A stretch of DNA of 64,000 nt from Heterodontus francisci (taxonomy: Eukaryota), in contig NC_090408.1 of the NCBI RefSeq assembly GCF_036365525.1, positions 12,811,599 through 12,875,598 of the forward strand. Reading direction: 5' to 3'. Within the stretch, counting starts at the first letter, position 1, and each line of letters opens with the position of its first letter. The position numbers and the translations under genes are program-made. Below are positions 1-13,800 of the stretch, in pieces. Below the pieces are notes generated by a model that did no database searches, was not told the origin of the DNA, and saw only the letters and a program-made list of their open reading frames with translations.

Positions 1-329
1 AGAGAAAGTTCAGGGGCTGTATGGCCTAGTTCTACTCCTATTTCTTATTTAATTTACAACATTGTGACCATTCCTTTGTATACCATATAATCATTCCATT
101 ACCAGTTTTTAGAATTAAAGTCATTATTAAAGACATGAACAACATTACCATTATTCTGTTATACTTTACAGTCTTTCCTTTACCATTTATTAGCATAAGA
201 AATTGAAGTTCAATTTGTTGCCCATAACATATATTAATCTACTGAACTTCAAAAACTGGTCAAAAAATGCCAACGTTAAATTCTTTTCCACAGAACCTTT
301 TAATCTATATTTGAATAACTCTTTCAGGT

Positions 330-770
330 TTATTTTTCTCTTCTGATGAAGCTGAACGCTCCTTTATTGCACAGTTGTGAAACTGGCCACACTGAGCATT
401 AAATTAATCATTGCTCTGCTAGACTCCAGCAGACTCTCATGCAATCCCCATCTCAAAAGAGAGTCTCGTGGGATTCCTGTTCCCACTCTTCAGCCTCCAC
501 CCAGCGAGACAGCATCACACACAACTGTCGAATCTGTACTTGAAATCATTTAACAGTGGACATAAGACCAGTAAATGGGGCCACTGGGCCACTTACTGTC
601 CCCACATGTCCCATTTTACATAAAGCAGTCAAATATCTGGTTGTGGCTAGCTTATAATCGTGTTCAATCCATTCTGGATGCTTAGGATTTCTCCACACAC
701 CTTCCCAAATCCTGATAAAGTCCAGCTGTCCGCATTTACTCAGCCAAATCTCCTGGCCAGCTGGTGTCAT
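330..770 (-). pseudogene. Highly degraded retroviral/LTR integrase core remnant
   Basis: Minus-strand translations give, in order, QLDFI (ORF 546..770), LCVMLSRWVEA and RWGLHESL, matching the integrase core pattern QxDFI...SRWVEA...RWGLP. No LTRs found. Confidence 0.4.
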
Positions 771-859
771 GAATCTCCAAAATCTTCAGTATTGCAGTTT
801 TCTAATTGAACAAACTCATCCCCTTTCTGCAGCTGGATGTTTGAAAAAGTAGAGTAGAT

Positions 860-2530
860 TTCACATCTTCTGGTGATTTCCAAATGTGTTTCTTTCATCG
901 AATCCTGTTGGATTTTCCCCCTGGGAGATGATCTTTTTTATTTATTTAGTAAATAAGTGATCTCTATTGCTTTTTTCCCCCACCTCCTGATCCTCCTCCC
1001 AGACCATGACCCACACGCCTGCCTCCAGCACACAACCTGGAATCATACATATAATCGTAGCATTTATAAAAGTTTGCTTAAATAATGCCTTCTCCTCAAT
1101 ATTTACCCAGCTGTTTAAAAATAAGGGCTGTTCAAAGAATTCCTCAACACCTTTGGGTATGAAATGCACACGTTTTAAAAACTGGGCCCAAATTTCTATA
1201 CACTCCTTATAAAACTGAGGGAGATGTTTAATATATTTCAATAACATCAATGCATTCCAGATAAAATATTCTCTGTCCTCCCATCCCACTTCATTTCAAA
1301 AAGTGCTCAAAAACAAACCTTCCAAAAGCTATTATTTGACATCTGAAGAAATCTCTTCATCCATTTGATTCTAAAGGATTTTTTTTTCTTAAAATCAATA
1401 CCTTGGAAATTGAGTCCTCAGGATCTCTCCATACCATGAGGTCAAAGCAACCGAGGCTGGTTACCCTTCCCATAAAAACCTCATACCATCCTCTCCAATG
1501 GACTTTCCTGCCCACCCAGGAACATCCTCCACTGTCAACATGTACCATATGACAAGAGATGACACCATCGCCACTTTTTCTTTGACTTCAAAACTCCTTT
1601 TTTCCATCTTCCTAAAATGGTTTTAATTTTACGAACATACGAACTAGAAGGAGTAGACTATTCGTCCCCTCGAGCCTGCTCCGCCATATGATACGATCAT
1701 GGTTGATCTGAATGTGGCCTCAACTCCACTTTTCTGTCTGTCCCCCATAACAGCTGACTGCCTTGTCTATCAAGAATCTAACTCTGCCTCGAATATATTC
1801 AATGACCCTGTCTCTACTACTCCCTGAGGAAGCAAATTCCACTAACGACCTTCTGAGAGAAAATATTTCTCATCTCCGTCTTAAATGGGAGACCCCTTAT
1901 TTTTAAACTGTGTCTCCTAGTTCTAGTCTCACCCATAAGTGGAAACATCCTTCCAGCATCTACCCTGTGAAATTTCCTCAGGATTTTACTACTCTTAATT
2001 TTCTACTCTTAATTTCCTAACTTTTGGTTCCCAATTTAATCGATCCACATTTTCCCTGTCCTTCTTGCCCCCATATAAACCCTCAGAACTTCCAGCACCT
2101 GGAAAAGACTTTCCTTCAACCACTCCTTGCTACCCCTTCTCACCACCAGGAATTGGAGTTTGCAGTAGTTCACTCTGGCTCCCAAAGCCCTACAGTACTC
2201 CACCATTACTCTCATAGCTTTCCTCAAGGACTCCTCGTCTCTCAATGCTAAGGTTGTTTCATCCATATATCACTGACATCAGCCTGGACTGAGAACTGCA
2301 ATCTCGGCTACTCCATGCTTATTTTACATCATATAACCTGATGTCTCAGCCACCAATGTGACATCAATGAGGACGGGGAAAACCCTGTCGCACTAACCTC
2401 TGTATTGGAAAATACATGTAAATACAAGTCTTTCTTTTCCACCTGTAAGGGCAGACAGGGCCTTCGTTTTGGAATATTTGTAGCATGTATCATGATACTG
2501 AAGTTGTCCACGTTGGCCTGCTCCACCGTC
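860..2530 (-). mobile_element. Old, fragmented Tx1/L1-group LINE ORF2 remnant (RT C-terminal half), interrupted by a CR1 tail
   Basis: Minus strand gives FPIQRLVRQGFP (like GVRQGCP) near 2370-2410, YMDETTLALRDEESL...GARVN (YMDD region; ORF 2036..2266) and LPQFYKECIEIW...EQPLFLN (ORF 942..1289), typical of Tx1 ORF2. Confidence 0.65.
1630..1990 (-). mobile_element. CR1 LINE 3' end fragment
   Basis: Reverse complement of the CR1 3' coding end and UTR seen in full at 35027-35420. Confidence 0.75.
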
Positions 2531-4292
2531 GAGGTTCAATTCTTTTTCTTGTACAATTTGGTTTCAATTCCACCCAAAAAATACTTTCTACAAATTTACA
2601 TTGCAATGCATCCAATTACAACTAACACAAGTTGTTGTTGAGTCGAATTTCAATTCGCACTCACTTTAACAGAGATCCACTATCACACTTTGCAATGCTC
2701 TACTTAAAAACAGAGTGACTTCATCTCCAAGGAGGCTGACCGGCCGGCATAGCTGAGCAGCAATCCTGGCTGCACTTCAAAAGTAATCCATTGGCTGTAA
2801 AACATTTTAAGACATCCTATGATTGTGAAACAGCTATATGAACACAAATTTTTGCCCTTGTGTTTTTTTTTAAACCTGCAAGACAGAAATAGGAAAGAAA
2901 AAGAGAAGGCAGGAGAAAAAAGAACAACTAATAGGTTTTACATTTTACTCCTCTGTGTGAATGCACTTTGCGAAATTTGTCGTGAATATTTATCAGACAT
3001 ACATTAATGCAAACACATACATCTTATCACAGCTAAATCATTGCTTGTGAACACAAAATTGTACTCGGCGCTAAACAATGTTTTTAACTGATCCACTGCT
3101 GTATCCACTAAAGGTCTGGAGATTACATGCAGGATAGTACTGGGGAAAAAAACAGATTTGGAAGTGACTTAAAAACCAAGGACATGATCCTTGTGTTACT
3201 TGCAAGTGCCAATGGTATGAATTCTCACTCCTGACACAGCTTTGCCCAGCTGGAGTGCATGCCAGGAATTCAACTGCTTGCTGTCCATAATTTCCTGTGT
3301 GAATGATTTTACTCGCACAAATATGAATAATCGCTTTCAGGTGGGAGACGTCCGAGAAAATATTTATTTACTTCTGGAAGGACCACTTTAAGTTGAAAAT
3401 GTGGGGAACACGTGAAAGTTATCCCACCAATTGGAAGGGATTTGACTGCTAGGGGCAGGTGCGGTGCTCTGCTCTGAGGGAGTCAACAGTGGTTGTGCTT
3501 ATTGAGAGGTGGCGATTGCAGGAGCTGGCAGTAAGTGGGCGACTGCAGTCTGTCTTGCCAGCATAAAGCGAAAGGTAGGAATGAAGAGTGTTTGCTGGGA
3601 GAGAGCAACACATCATGGAGTGTGTGCTCTTGGAGTGACAATAACGTGTGGAGTTATTTATCAGGGCCATACTCAGTTTTAGCCAGACACCATGGTAGTA
3701 TTACAGAGCTGGAGTATCCTGTTTGAATATCCTCTAAAGCAGGAGTGCTTGTGGATTTTGATGCTGGAATCATCTAATTTTGCAGTGTATCAGACAGCAA
3801 GCTAAGCCTGATATGCACATACCAGCAGCAAATAAAGTCTATATGTGGTTTTCTATTACTAGGATGGTTTATATTGATGGGGTTGGAATGCCATTAATAG
3901 CATTTTCATGTAAGTGACCCATAGTCTGGAGACCCAATAACACTGGAAAATTTAGTTTGTCCCGAGTCTTGATGCTGTCATCAGGTCTCCATTTACAACT
4001 TTTATATTTAGTGCTTTCTTGTGATGGGAGAGTGACATCTGTACCTCCGCTTCCTGTGTTTACAGGGTAAAATCTACTATATCCCAGCATAGGTCCATGG
4101 AGGTTTGAGTCTACAAATCAGCTGACTGGATAAGTTTTAGCAATGTTAGCCGAGGGAGCCAATGCACAGAGTTCACTCTCCATTGACCAAAACTGCAGAA
4201 ATAACAAATGTAAAAGCTGGGAACTCGATTTCCTTCCTTATGGGAATGCTAATCAGCCTTAGTTTGGAAAGGAAGCTGGAAGAACATTAAAT

Positions 4293-4628
4293 TTTTAGAT
4301 TTTAGATTTAGAGATACAGCACTGAAGCAGGCCCTTTGGCCCACCGAATCTGTGCCGACCATTAACCACCCATTTATACTAATCCTACACTAATCCCATA
4401 TTCCTACCACATCCTCACCTGTCCCTATACTCCCCTACCACCTACCTATACTAGGGGCAATTTATAATGGCCAATTTACCTATCAACCTGCAAGTATTTT
4501 GGCTGTGGGAGGAAACCAGAGCACCCGGAGGAAACCCACGCAGACACAGGGAGAACTTGCAAACTCCACACAGGCAGTACCCAGAGCTGTGAGGCTGCGG
4601 TGCTAACCACTGCACCACTGTGCCACCC
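4293..4628 (-). mobile_element. HE1/V-SINE-like tRNA-derived SINE
   Basis: Minus strand begins gggtggcacagtggtgcagtggttagcaccgcagcctcacagct (tRNA-like head), has the V-domain-like gtgggtttcctccgggtgctctggtttcctcccac and a CR1-like tail ending in tctaaa repeats. Confidence 0.8.
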
Positions 4629-5441
4629 CAAATGGGGAGAGGGGTGCATGGAGATCAAGGATCTTTAAAGACAATACTCCGGGTTCACTTTTATAACCAT
4701 AGGCAAACTGCAGGAGTTAAGTGTAGCTTCATATGACCTGTTGGAGATTAAATAAGCTACTAATAAAGTTTATAAACCAACTTTCAATCTGTATTGCATT
4801 ATGTTTGAAAAAAAAGCAACTCATGATTGTTCTACCAAATCTCTTGATTTTTAAGAATTTGTCTTCTGATTTACGAGTCGGTGGAGTTAGCATGAGTGAA
4901 ACACTGACCAAAAGGAAGGGAAGAGAAAAAAGGGAGTTCCTGCCCTTTACTAAACCCCCTCCCACCCCCCCACCACTTTCACTCCCCTCCCTCAATAAAT
5001 GGAGACTTCAGGTTTGCTTTTCCCTCTCCCACTATATCTGAACAGAAATAAATCAATAGAAACGTAACTTGATTTCGCCCTGGAGCCTTTCATCCACTCT
5101 GCTTGGTATTTCACCTTTAGTAGCAAAAGATTGATTAGTTGCATTGAAGCAGAAGATTGTCAAAGTAATGTTGATTCATCTTCTGAGACTTAAATCGGAG
5201 AGAGGTGACCTATAAGATCTTAATTTTAGGTTTAGAGACTTTAGGCCGTCAAGGTAAAACCCAGAATTTGACAAAACCTTCCTATAGGCTGCACTTCAAT
5301 GCCTCTCTCCCAATGGAAACCAGGCGGTAGCGTCCTGAAAATGGCAGCCGATGACCTAGTGTCTCGTCACTGTGGCAATGTTCCCCAGGGCCAACTGCCG
5401 GGCAGAACCATTGGTACCCTGAGCCACACAGCAAACTAGCA

Positions 5442-5802
5442 GGGAGGCAGTGGTGTAATGGTAATGTCACTGGACTATTAATCCAGAGGCCTAGGCTAAT
5501 ACTCTGGGGACATGGGTTTGAATCCCACATGGCAGATGATGAAATTTGAATCCAATTAATAAAAATCTGGAATTCTAGTCTAATGGTGATATGAAACTAT
5601 TGCCGATTGTTGTAAAAACTCATCTGATTCACTAATGCCCTTTAGGCGAAGGAAATCTGCTGTCCTTACCTGGTCTGGCCTACATATGACTCCAGACCTG
5701 CAGCAATGTGGTTGACTCTTAAATGGCCTAGCAAGCCACTCAGTGATGGGGAATAAATGCTGGCCTTGCCAATGACACCCACATCCAATGAATAAAAAAA
5801 AA
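5442..5802 (+). mobile_element. tRNA-derived SINE
   Basis: A-box-like tggtgtaatgg, B-box-like ggtttgaatccc, and an A-rich tail aatgaataaaaaaaaa. Confidence 0.65.
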
Positions 5803-5822
5803 TTTAAGATGCTTAACATTTA

Positions 5823-8800
5823 ACATCATGGCAGTACTTAGAGAGGATATCCCGGGGGGAATGCCCAGCGAGGCCATATGGGTAGAACTTAGAAATAAGA
5901 AAGGGATGATCACTTTGATGGGATTATACTACAGGCCCCCCAATAGTCAGAGGGAATTGGAGGAGCATATATGTAGGGAAATCACAGATAGGTGTAGGAA
6001 TTATAGGGTTGTAATAGTAGGTGATTTTAAATTCCCTAATATTGACTGGGACTGCCTTAGTGCTAAGGGATCAGATGGGGAAGAATTTGTTAAGTGTATC
6101 CAGGATAGTTTTCTGAAGCAGTATGTGGATGGCCCTACTAGAGAAGGGGCTACACTCGACCTCCTCTTAGGAAATGAGGCTGGGCAGGTGGTTGATTTAT
6201 CAGTGGGGGAGCACTTCGGGACCAGTGACCTTAACTCTATTAGCTTCAAGATAGTTATGGAAAAGGATAAGACTGGTCCTCAAGTTGATGTCCTAAATTG
6301 GAGGAAGGCTAATTTCAGCCAGGAACTCTCAAACGTTGATTGGGAGAGGCTACTTACAGGTAAAGGGACGTCTAGCAAGTGGGAGGTTTTTAAAAGTGAG
6401 ATAGGAAGAGTTCAAGGCCGGCATGTTCCTGTTAGATTGAAGGGCAAGGCTGGCAAGTTTAGGGAACCTTGGTTGATGAGGGATATTGAGGGTCTGGTCA
6501 GGGCAAAGAAGGAGGCATACTTCGGGTATAGGCAGCTGGGATCAAGCGAGTCTCTCGAGGAGTATAAGGGATGTAGCAGTACACTTAAGAAGGAAATCAG
6601 GAGGGCGAAAAGGGGCCATGAGATTTCCCTGGCAGATAAGAAAAGTAGAATCTTAAAAGATTCTATAAGTATATTAAGAGTAAAAGGGTAGCTAAGGAGA
6701 GAGTAGGTCCCCTTAAGGATCAGTGTGATAATCTATGTGTGGAGCCAAGGGAAATGGGCGAGGTCTTAAATGAATACTTCTTGTCTGTATTTACCGTGGA
6801 GAAGGTCATGGAAGCTGATGAGTTCAAGGGAGGGAACAGCGATATCCTGGAGCATATCAACAATGCAAAGGAGGAGGTGTTAAGAAGTCAAGAAGGCATA
6901 CGGCATGCTTGCCTTCATCGGTCGGGGCATAGAGTATAAAAATTGGCAAGTCATGTTGCAGCTGTACAGAACCTTAGTTAGGCCACACTTAGAATATTGC
7001 GTGCGATTCTGGTCGCAACACTACCAGAAGGACGTGGAGGCTTTGGAGAGGGTACAGAGAAGGTTTACCAGGATGTTGCCTGGTCTGGAGGGCATTAGCT
7101 ATGAGGAGAGGTTGGAAAAACTCGGATTGTTTTCACTGGAACGACGGAGGTGGAGAACGACATGATAGATGTTTATAAAGTTATGAGCAGCATGGACAGA
7201 GTGGATAGTCAGAAGCTTTTTCCCAGGGTGGAAGAGTCAGTTACTAGGGGACATAGGTTTAAGGTGCGAGGGGCAAAGTTTAGAGGGGATGTGTGAGGCA
7301 AGTTTTTTACACAGAGGGTGGTGAGTGCCTGCAACTTGCTGCCAGAGGAGGTGGTGGAAGCCGATACGATAGCGACGTTTAAGAGACATCTTGACAAATA
7401 CATGAATAGGAAGGGAATAGAGGGATATGGGCCCCGGAAGTGCAGAAGGTGTTAGTTTAGGCAGGCATCAAGATCGGCGCAGGCTTGGAGGGCCGAATGG
7501 CCTGTTCCTGTGCTGTACTGTTCTTTGTTCTTTGTTGGAGGTTTTGAAGCGCATTAAGGTGGATAAATCCCCAGGGCCTGACCAGATGTATCCTAGGATG
7601 CTATGGGAAGCAAGGGAGGAGATTGCTGGGGCCCTGGCAGAGATTTTTGTATCATTGTTAGCCACGAAAGAGGTACCGGAAGACTGGAGGATAGCTAATG
7701 TTGTGCCTTTATTTAAGAAGGGCAGCAGGGATAAGCCAGGGAACTACAGGCCGATGAGCCTTACATCAGTGGTGGGAAAGTTATTGGAAGGGATTCTGAG
7801 AGACAAGATTTATATGCATTTGGGAAGGCAAGGTCTGATTAGGGATAGTCAGCATGGCTTTGTGCGTGGAAAATCATGTCTCACGAATTTAATTGAGTTT
7901 TTTGAGGAGGTGACCAAGAGAATTGACGAGGGCTGGGCAGTGGACGTTGTCTACATGGACGTTAGCAAGGCCTTTGACAAGGTCCCGCATGGTTGGTTGG
8001 TCAGGAAGGTTCGGACACATGGGATCCAGGGTGAGCTAGCCAATTGGATACAAAATTGGATTGGTGATAGAAGGCAGAGGGTGGTAGTGGAGGGTTGTTT
8101 TTCAGATTTGAGGCTGGTGACCAGTGGTGTGCCTCAGGGATCGGTGCTGGGCCCTCTGTTGTTTGACATATATATTAATGACTTGGAAGTGAATGTAAAG
8201 GGCATGATTAGTAAGTTTGCAGATGACACCAAAATTGGTGGGATAGTGGACAGTGAAGAAGGTTGTCTAAGGTTACAACAGGATATAGATCAACTGGGAA
8301 AGTGGGCAAGGGATTGGCAAATGGAATTTAATGCAGACAAGTGTGAAGTGATGCATTTTGGGAAGTTAAACCAGGGCAGGATATATTCAGTGAATGGCAG
8401 GGCCCTGGGGAGTGTTGTTGAGCAGAGAGACCTTGGGGTGCAAGTACATAGTTCCCTGAAAGTGGCAACACAGGTAGACAGGGTGGTGAAGAAGGCGTAT
8501 GACATGCTTGCCTTCATTGGCCAAGGCATTGAGTATAAGAGTTGGGACGTCATGTTACAGTTGTACATAACGTTGGTTAGGCCGCATTTGGAGGACTGTG
8601 TGCAGTTCTGGTCACCGCACTACAGGAAAGATGTGATTAAGCTAGAGAGGGTGCAGAAAAGATTCACAAGGATGTTGCCTGGTTTGGAGGGCTTGAGTTA
8701 TAAAGAGAGATTGGATAGGCTGGGTCTGTTTTCCCTGGAGTGAAGGAGGCTGAGAGGGGACATGATAGAGATATATAAAATTATGAGAGGCATAGATAGG

Positions 8801-9135
8801 GTAGATAGCCAGAGTCTATTTTCCGTGGTAGGGGTCAGTAAACCTACAGGGCAAAGATTTAAGGTGAGAGGGAGGAGGTTTAAAGGGGATCAAAGGGGTA
8901 AATTTTTCACACAAAGAATAGTGGGTATCTGGAATGAGCTGCCTGAGGAGGTGGTGGAGGCAGGAACAGTAGCAACATTTAAGAGGCATCTGGACAGGTA
9001 CTTGAATGAGCAAGGCATAGAGGGATATGGAATTAATGCAGGCAGGTGGGATTAGTATAAATAGGTATTATGGTCGGTATGGACACGGTGGACCGAAGGG
9101 CCTGTTTCTATGCTGTACGACTCTATGACTCTATG
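5823..9135 (+). mobile_element. CR1 LINE, 5'-truncated (endonuclease + RT ORF2, disrupted), with nested CR1 insertion
   Basis: ORF 5828..6691 is APE-endonuclease-like (YYRPPN, VGDFKFP, LDLLLGN). ORF 7427..8743 is RT (KSPGPD, QHGF, VPQGSVLGP, KFADDTK). Tail ctctatgactctatg. Confidence 0.92.
6882..7532 (+). mobile_element. CR1 3' fragment nested in the 5823-9135 CR1
   Basis: The host reading gaggaggtgtt|ggaggttttgaagc is split. The insert encodes the CR1 C-terminus (LVRPHLEYC) and ends in a ttctttg repeat tail. Confidence 0.85.
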
Positions 9136-9257
9136 CTAATCAAGCTTCTACGAAATACTATGGACCCCATCAATTTGTTTAGCCTGAACTTGGTGGAGTC
9201 TGCGCTGGTCACGTGCCAACAAGCACCCTCTTCAGTTTGGGGCGTTTGGGAGGAACA

Positions 9258-9845
9258 GAATCACAGAATCACAAAATTGTTACAGTACAGAAGGCAGCCA
9301 TTCGGCCCATTGTGTCCGTACCGGCTCTCTAAAAGAGCAATTTACTCAGTTCCATTCCCCCACCTTCCCCCCATAACCCTGCACATTCTTCCTTTTCATA
9401 TAACAGTCTAATTCCCTTATAAATGCTTCAATTGAACCTGCCTCCACCACGTTCTCAGGCAGTGCATTCCAGACCTTAACCATTCTCTGCATGAAAAAGT
9501 TTTCATCATGTCACTTTTGCTTCTCTTACTGAATCCTTTAAATCTGTGCCCTGTCATTCTCAATCCTTTCACAAGTGGGAACAGTTTCTCTCTATCTACT
9601 CTGTCCGGGCCCCTCATGATTTTGAATACCTCTATCAAATCACCTCTCAGCCTTTTCTTCGCCAAGGAAAACAGCCCTAATTTCTCCAATCTATCTTCAT
9701 AACTGAAGTTCCTCAATCCAGGAACCATTCTCGTGAATCTTTTTTGTATTCTCTCCAATGCTCTCACGTCTTTCCTCAAGTGCGGCGCCCAGAACTGGAC
9801 GCAATACTCCAGCTGAGGCCAAACTAGTGTCTTATACAAGTCTTG
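9258..9845 (-). mobile_element. CR1 3' fragment
   Basis: ORF 9417..9905: LYKTLVWPQLEYCVQFWAP...RLRGDLIEVFKI. Confidence 0.85.
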
Positions 9846-10899
9846 TACAACAGGAATACTGCCCCAGGCTACACAAAGCCAGGCTGGGCCACTGACGCTC
9901 CCCATCCTTGCAGGGATCGGGGCCTCTCCTTTCTTACTTTTGTATGGTTCTAATGGCCATCCAGTTCACCCAATGCTTAGGCAGCCCAGAGTCAGAACGT
10001 TGCCCGGGAACCCAATCTCCCATTGCAGCCTGCCAGCCCAATGTTAATGAGACTCAGGCCTCACTCCAGAAATAGCACCCAGCACATTCTGCTGACCAGC
10101 TGCCCAAAGTCCACTTGTGAAAATTCACCTCACATGAGGACTGAGCAGAGATGCCAGAGTTGGGTGTATTTCCGAAGGTTTCAAAACATGACCTCCTGTC
10201 TCAAATGAGCCCTCTTTCACACTCCCGCTACCGGTCCACCCTCCAGGTACACTGCCTTCCAGGCTAATTGGATAAGAATCAGAGAATTGAATTAATCTTG
10301 TCTGTCAATCGAACAGCCTTCCTTTCCCATCTCCATTATTTTTGATTACTAAGAAATGAAAAGAAGCTGAACAAAAAACACAAATTTTGTACAATTCCTG
10401 GGTTGCAGCAGTGTTCTGACGATTCATCTTTAATTCCTGAAGACTCTGGGGCAATCCTGGAGAGTTGGCAATTCCACAACCAAGGCAGCTGCTCTAGAAA
10501 TTATATCTGGTTGTTCCAGCTTAACAGTTCTCCCTAGAGCTGCAATTGATGTCCCAATTCAAGCACTGACCCCTGGAGTGGACATTTACACCTGCCACTG
10601 GCTTTCAGTTTATCAATGAGCTTCTCTCTCCCTTCATTGTTTTATTCATTCGGCTGGGCATTTTCTGTTAGTTTTCCTGGTACCTATGTTTGTTTTCCCA
10701 TCGGGTTGGTTTCTAAATACCACCTATTGCTTTTTTAACACGTCTTTTCTTCCAAAGTATGAGGTCAAGATCAATTTGAAAACTTTCCAACGGATTTTCA
10801 TTTCTCAGGCCAATTACAATACATTCAGACTGTGTCATGTGCCATGCTGACACGTGTTCTGCTATGATGATCTAGTGCTGTAATGAAGCCATTTATACA

Positions 10900-11260
10900 A
10901 TGTAGGATTTTGCTCTTGTGAGGAATGTATCGTGCAGGTTATGGCTTTATAGGAGTTGCAGAACATGTTACGACTCAGAAAAGACTCACTTATATGCTTT
11001 CGTTGATTTTTTTCAGCATTTCAACTTTGTTCCTGATGCAAACCTCATGCAGAAGTTGGAAAGAATGGGAGTACATGGGCAAATCTCGTATTTTATTCAG
11101 GGTGTGTACTGCAGTTCCAAGACCCATGGAGTAAGTAGGAGGCTCACTGAACCTACTGCTGTTGAAAGATAGCAGAAGCAAGATAGTCCTCTGTCACCTA
11201 TTCTCTTTGATCATCAAGCATCCAGCAGATGCTATCACAGAGGCACTCGGAGTGCTTGCT
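10900..11260 (+). pseudogene. Ancient non-LTR RT remnant (clade unclear)
   Basis: ORF 10918..11172 contains LYAFVDFFQHFNFVPDANLMQKLERMGVHG, resembling the RT motif xFxDxxxAFDxVxxxxLxxKLxxxG. Confidence 0.5.
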
Positions 11261-11276
11261 TCAGGCATTTGTAGAA

Positions 11277-11520
11277 AGAATAACTTGCATTTATGGAGCA
11301 TCTTTCACAACCACCGGACATGTCAAAGCGCTTTACAGCAAATGAAGCACTTTTGAATTGTAGTCACTGTTGCAATGTAGGAAACATGGCAGTCAATTTG
11401 TGCACAGCAAGCTCCCACAAACAGGAATGTGATAATGACCAGACAATCTGTTTTTGTGATGTTGGTTAAGGGCTAAATATTGGCCAGGACACTCGGGATA
11501 AATGCCCCCACTCTTCTGAA
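11277..11520 (-). mobile_element. Deu-domain SINE (SacSINE1/AmnSINE1-like) 3' part
   Basis: Reverse complement of gtgtcctggccaatatt...cagattgtctggtcattatcacatt...gcttgctgtgcacaaattg; same family as 33146-33596. Confidence 0.7.
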
Positions 11521-12532
11521 TGAATTGTAGTTCTTAATTTCACAGATAGTGTTGAGAATCACTTGGGCACTGATTGTGCTCTACCCACCATCACAAACAG
11601 TACGATAATAAAACAACTTGCATTTATTTGGCACTTTTAACATAGTAGAATATAACACATTGCTTCACATGAGCATTAGCAGATAAATTTGACATTGAGC
11701 CAAAGAGGGAAACATTAAGACAGGTGACCAAAACTTGGTCAAAGAGCTAGGTTTTAAGGAACATCTTAAAGGCAGAGATAAAGGTGGAAAGACAATAGCC
11801 ACGAAATTGGGCTCCATATCACCACTTGTGCTGGCACTACAGAAACCCAAATGGAAGAAATGTTAACCGGAATGCTGCCGGCCTTTTCCAGCGTGCCCCG
11901 ATCAAGCATGGGCATGCCATGTGAGCGTTGGTAGCAAATAGAGTGGGCGCATTGTGTCATCAACAGCTTCGAAAGCTGAGTTGAATCATAGAATGCTGAC
12001 AGTGCAGAAGGAGGCCATTTGGCCCATTCGTTTCTGTGCCGGCTCTCTGCAAAAGCAAGTCACCTAGTCCCACTCTCCTGCTTTTTCCCCAGAGCCCTGC
12101 AAACTTTTACTCTTCAGATAATTATCTGATTGATGCACAATCTGTCACTTTGGACTGCTCAGGTCCAGTTAATGCCCTCTCATAATCATTCCTAGCTGAA
12201 CATGCATTCAGCTGCATGAAAAACCTCCCACTAATGTTATTTAAAGGGCTAATCACCAACTTTCAGGGTGAGGTGCTTTTGGCTTACTTTCACTGGTGTG
12301 GAGTTATTGGAACTACTGTGTCCTGGATTATTGGAGGGGTTTTGCTAACTTTTGGAATTTTCAAGAGTGCAGTGCTGGATCTTGACAAGAAGGTCAGAGG
12401 AGTTGGTTGACCTGTCAGGAGAAAGTCTGCTTCAATAATGGAGGCTATTGTTGCAGTCCCTCTTCGGCTGCAACATGTTATAGAAATGTAACATAAGCAG
12501 CAGAGAGAAGAAGCTGTGCCAGATGGAGAAGG

Positions 12533-12876
12533 ATGAAGGCTCTCTATAGAAGGTCCTTCCCACTAAGGGTCTTTAGCGAGCATGTCTCTTACCTCCGCCT
12601 CTGCCAGGAGCAATGCCTGAGATACCTATGTTTCACCAAGGAGGTGGTAACTGAACTGTGCTACTTCCTTCAGTCAGACGTGCAGGTACATAGGGCAAGG
12701 ATGACACTGCCAGTGGCAGTCAAGGTCACCATTGCCCTCAATTTCTATGCCAATGGATCCTTCCAAAAGAGGGCAGACGACATCAGCAACATCTCACAGT
12801 AAGCCATCCATCACTGCCTCAGGGAGGTGACAGAGACCCTGTATAGCTGGAGAGGGGACCTGCATGTCTTCACACT
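12533..12876 (+). pseudogene. Harbinger (HARBI1-like) DDE nuclease, N-terminal part
   Basis: SYLRLCQEQCLRYLCFTKEVVTELC...LPVAVKVTIALNFYANGSFQ...ISQ*AIHHCLREVTETL; internal stop. Confidence 0.85.
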
Positions 12877-13636
12877 TGTAGGTCTGTATGGAAGTATGAA
12901 TTTGGAAAATGCCGAGAAGTGAGGCATAATTTTTTAAATAATGTAAGATTCCAATGTATGGAGGACAGTGGAAAGAAATGTCAAGCTGTTATAACAGCTT
13001 AGGTCAGGAAGTATTCTGACCTTTGGCTGCTTGGAAGCTTGGATAAGCATTTTTGTTTGCTCAACTCTATAATAATACAATAGCAAAGATAGAGAACTAT
13101 GTTATGTTAACACTGTTAGATAAAGGATCTCCTGCTTAGTAAATAAAAACACCATGCATGAGGGACATGTCAGTTTACAATACAGTAATGGACAATAATG
13201 GAATAATGATAAATGAATCAGGTCAATAATAAAAAAAATTGTAAACTCATCAGGTTGACTCAGATGAGGTTTCACCCTACTCAAGGGTAAACTAATCAGT
13301 CACCTCATACGGCACAAGGCTGGACTCAAAAAGGGTAAAAGAAGACGTGTCCTGTGAACCTCAACACACAACCAAAAGAAGAGGAGATAGACTATGGTCG
13401 ACAAGAACACAGCAGCAACAAGAACAGAGCAGGAGACAGTATGCCAATCAACTGGAGAGTCCAGAGCTGATGTTTGGAAGAAGGGAATGTGACTACTGCC
13501 TTGCTAAGTACCATTTTGTTATACTACTTGTGCTTCCACTTAATAAACTTACTACTGCTTATACCAAATGCCTTGTACCCGGAGTGGTCAGTGACTAGTC
13601 GGAACTAAAGGTCCTAAACATTGACTCGAACTTACA
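12877..13636 (+). repeat. 5' LTR (760 bp)
   Basis: TGTAGG...CTTACA; aligns to 19412-20125 with substitutions and two clear indels; AATAAA near 13542. Confidence 0.92.
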
Positions 13637-13637
13637 T

Positions 13638-13655
13638 TGGTGTCAAAATCCAAGT
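13638..13655 (+). promoter_or_regulatory. Primer binding site, possibly tRNA-Leu
   Basis: TGGTGTCAAAATCC one base after the LTR. The first 8 nt match the TGGTGTCAGAAG... complement of the tRNA-Leu 3' end; the rest is diverged. Confidence 0.55.
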
Positions 13656-13800
13656 CTTGACTAGCACAAAATGAGGCAGCGGTGATAAGCAGAGTAAATG
13701 CGGGGAGAACTGTTTGGCTGACGGTGATTTGTCTGGGGAAAACCACTCATTGACATTGGGAGGAAGTGCCAGTTTTTACTGTTCCAATAGTGTCTCTTGA

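Noticed and set aside
2390-2440. Small minus-strand exon (cccttacAG...GTTAGT)
   Set aside because: It lies within the degraded Tx1 RT remnant (VRQG motif region).
7427-7540. Unusual N-terminus on the 438-aa RT ORF
   Set aside because: It is the 3' UTR of the nested CR1 read in frame.
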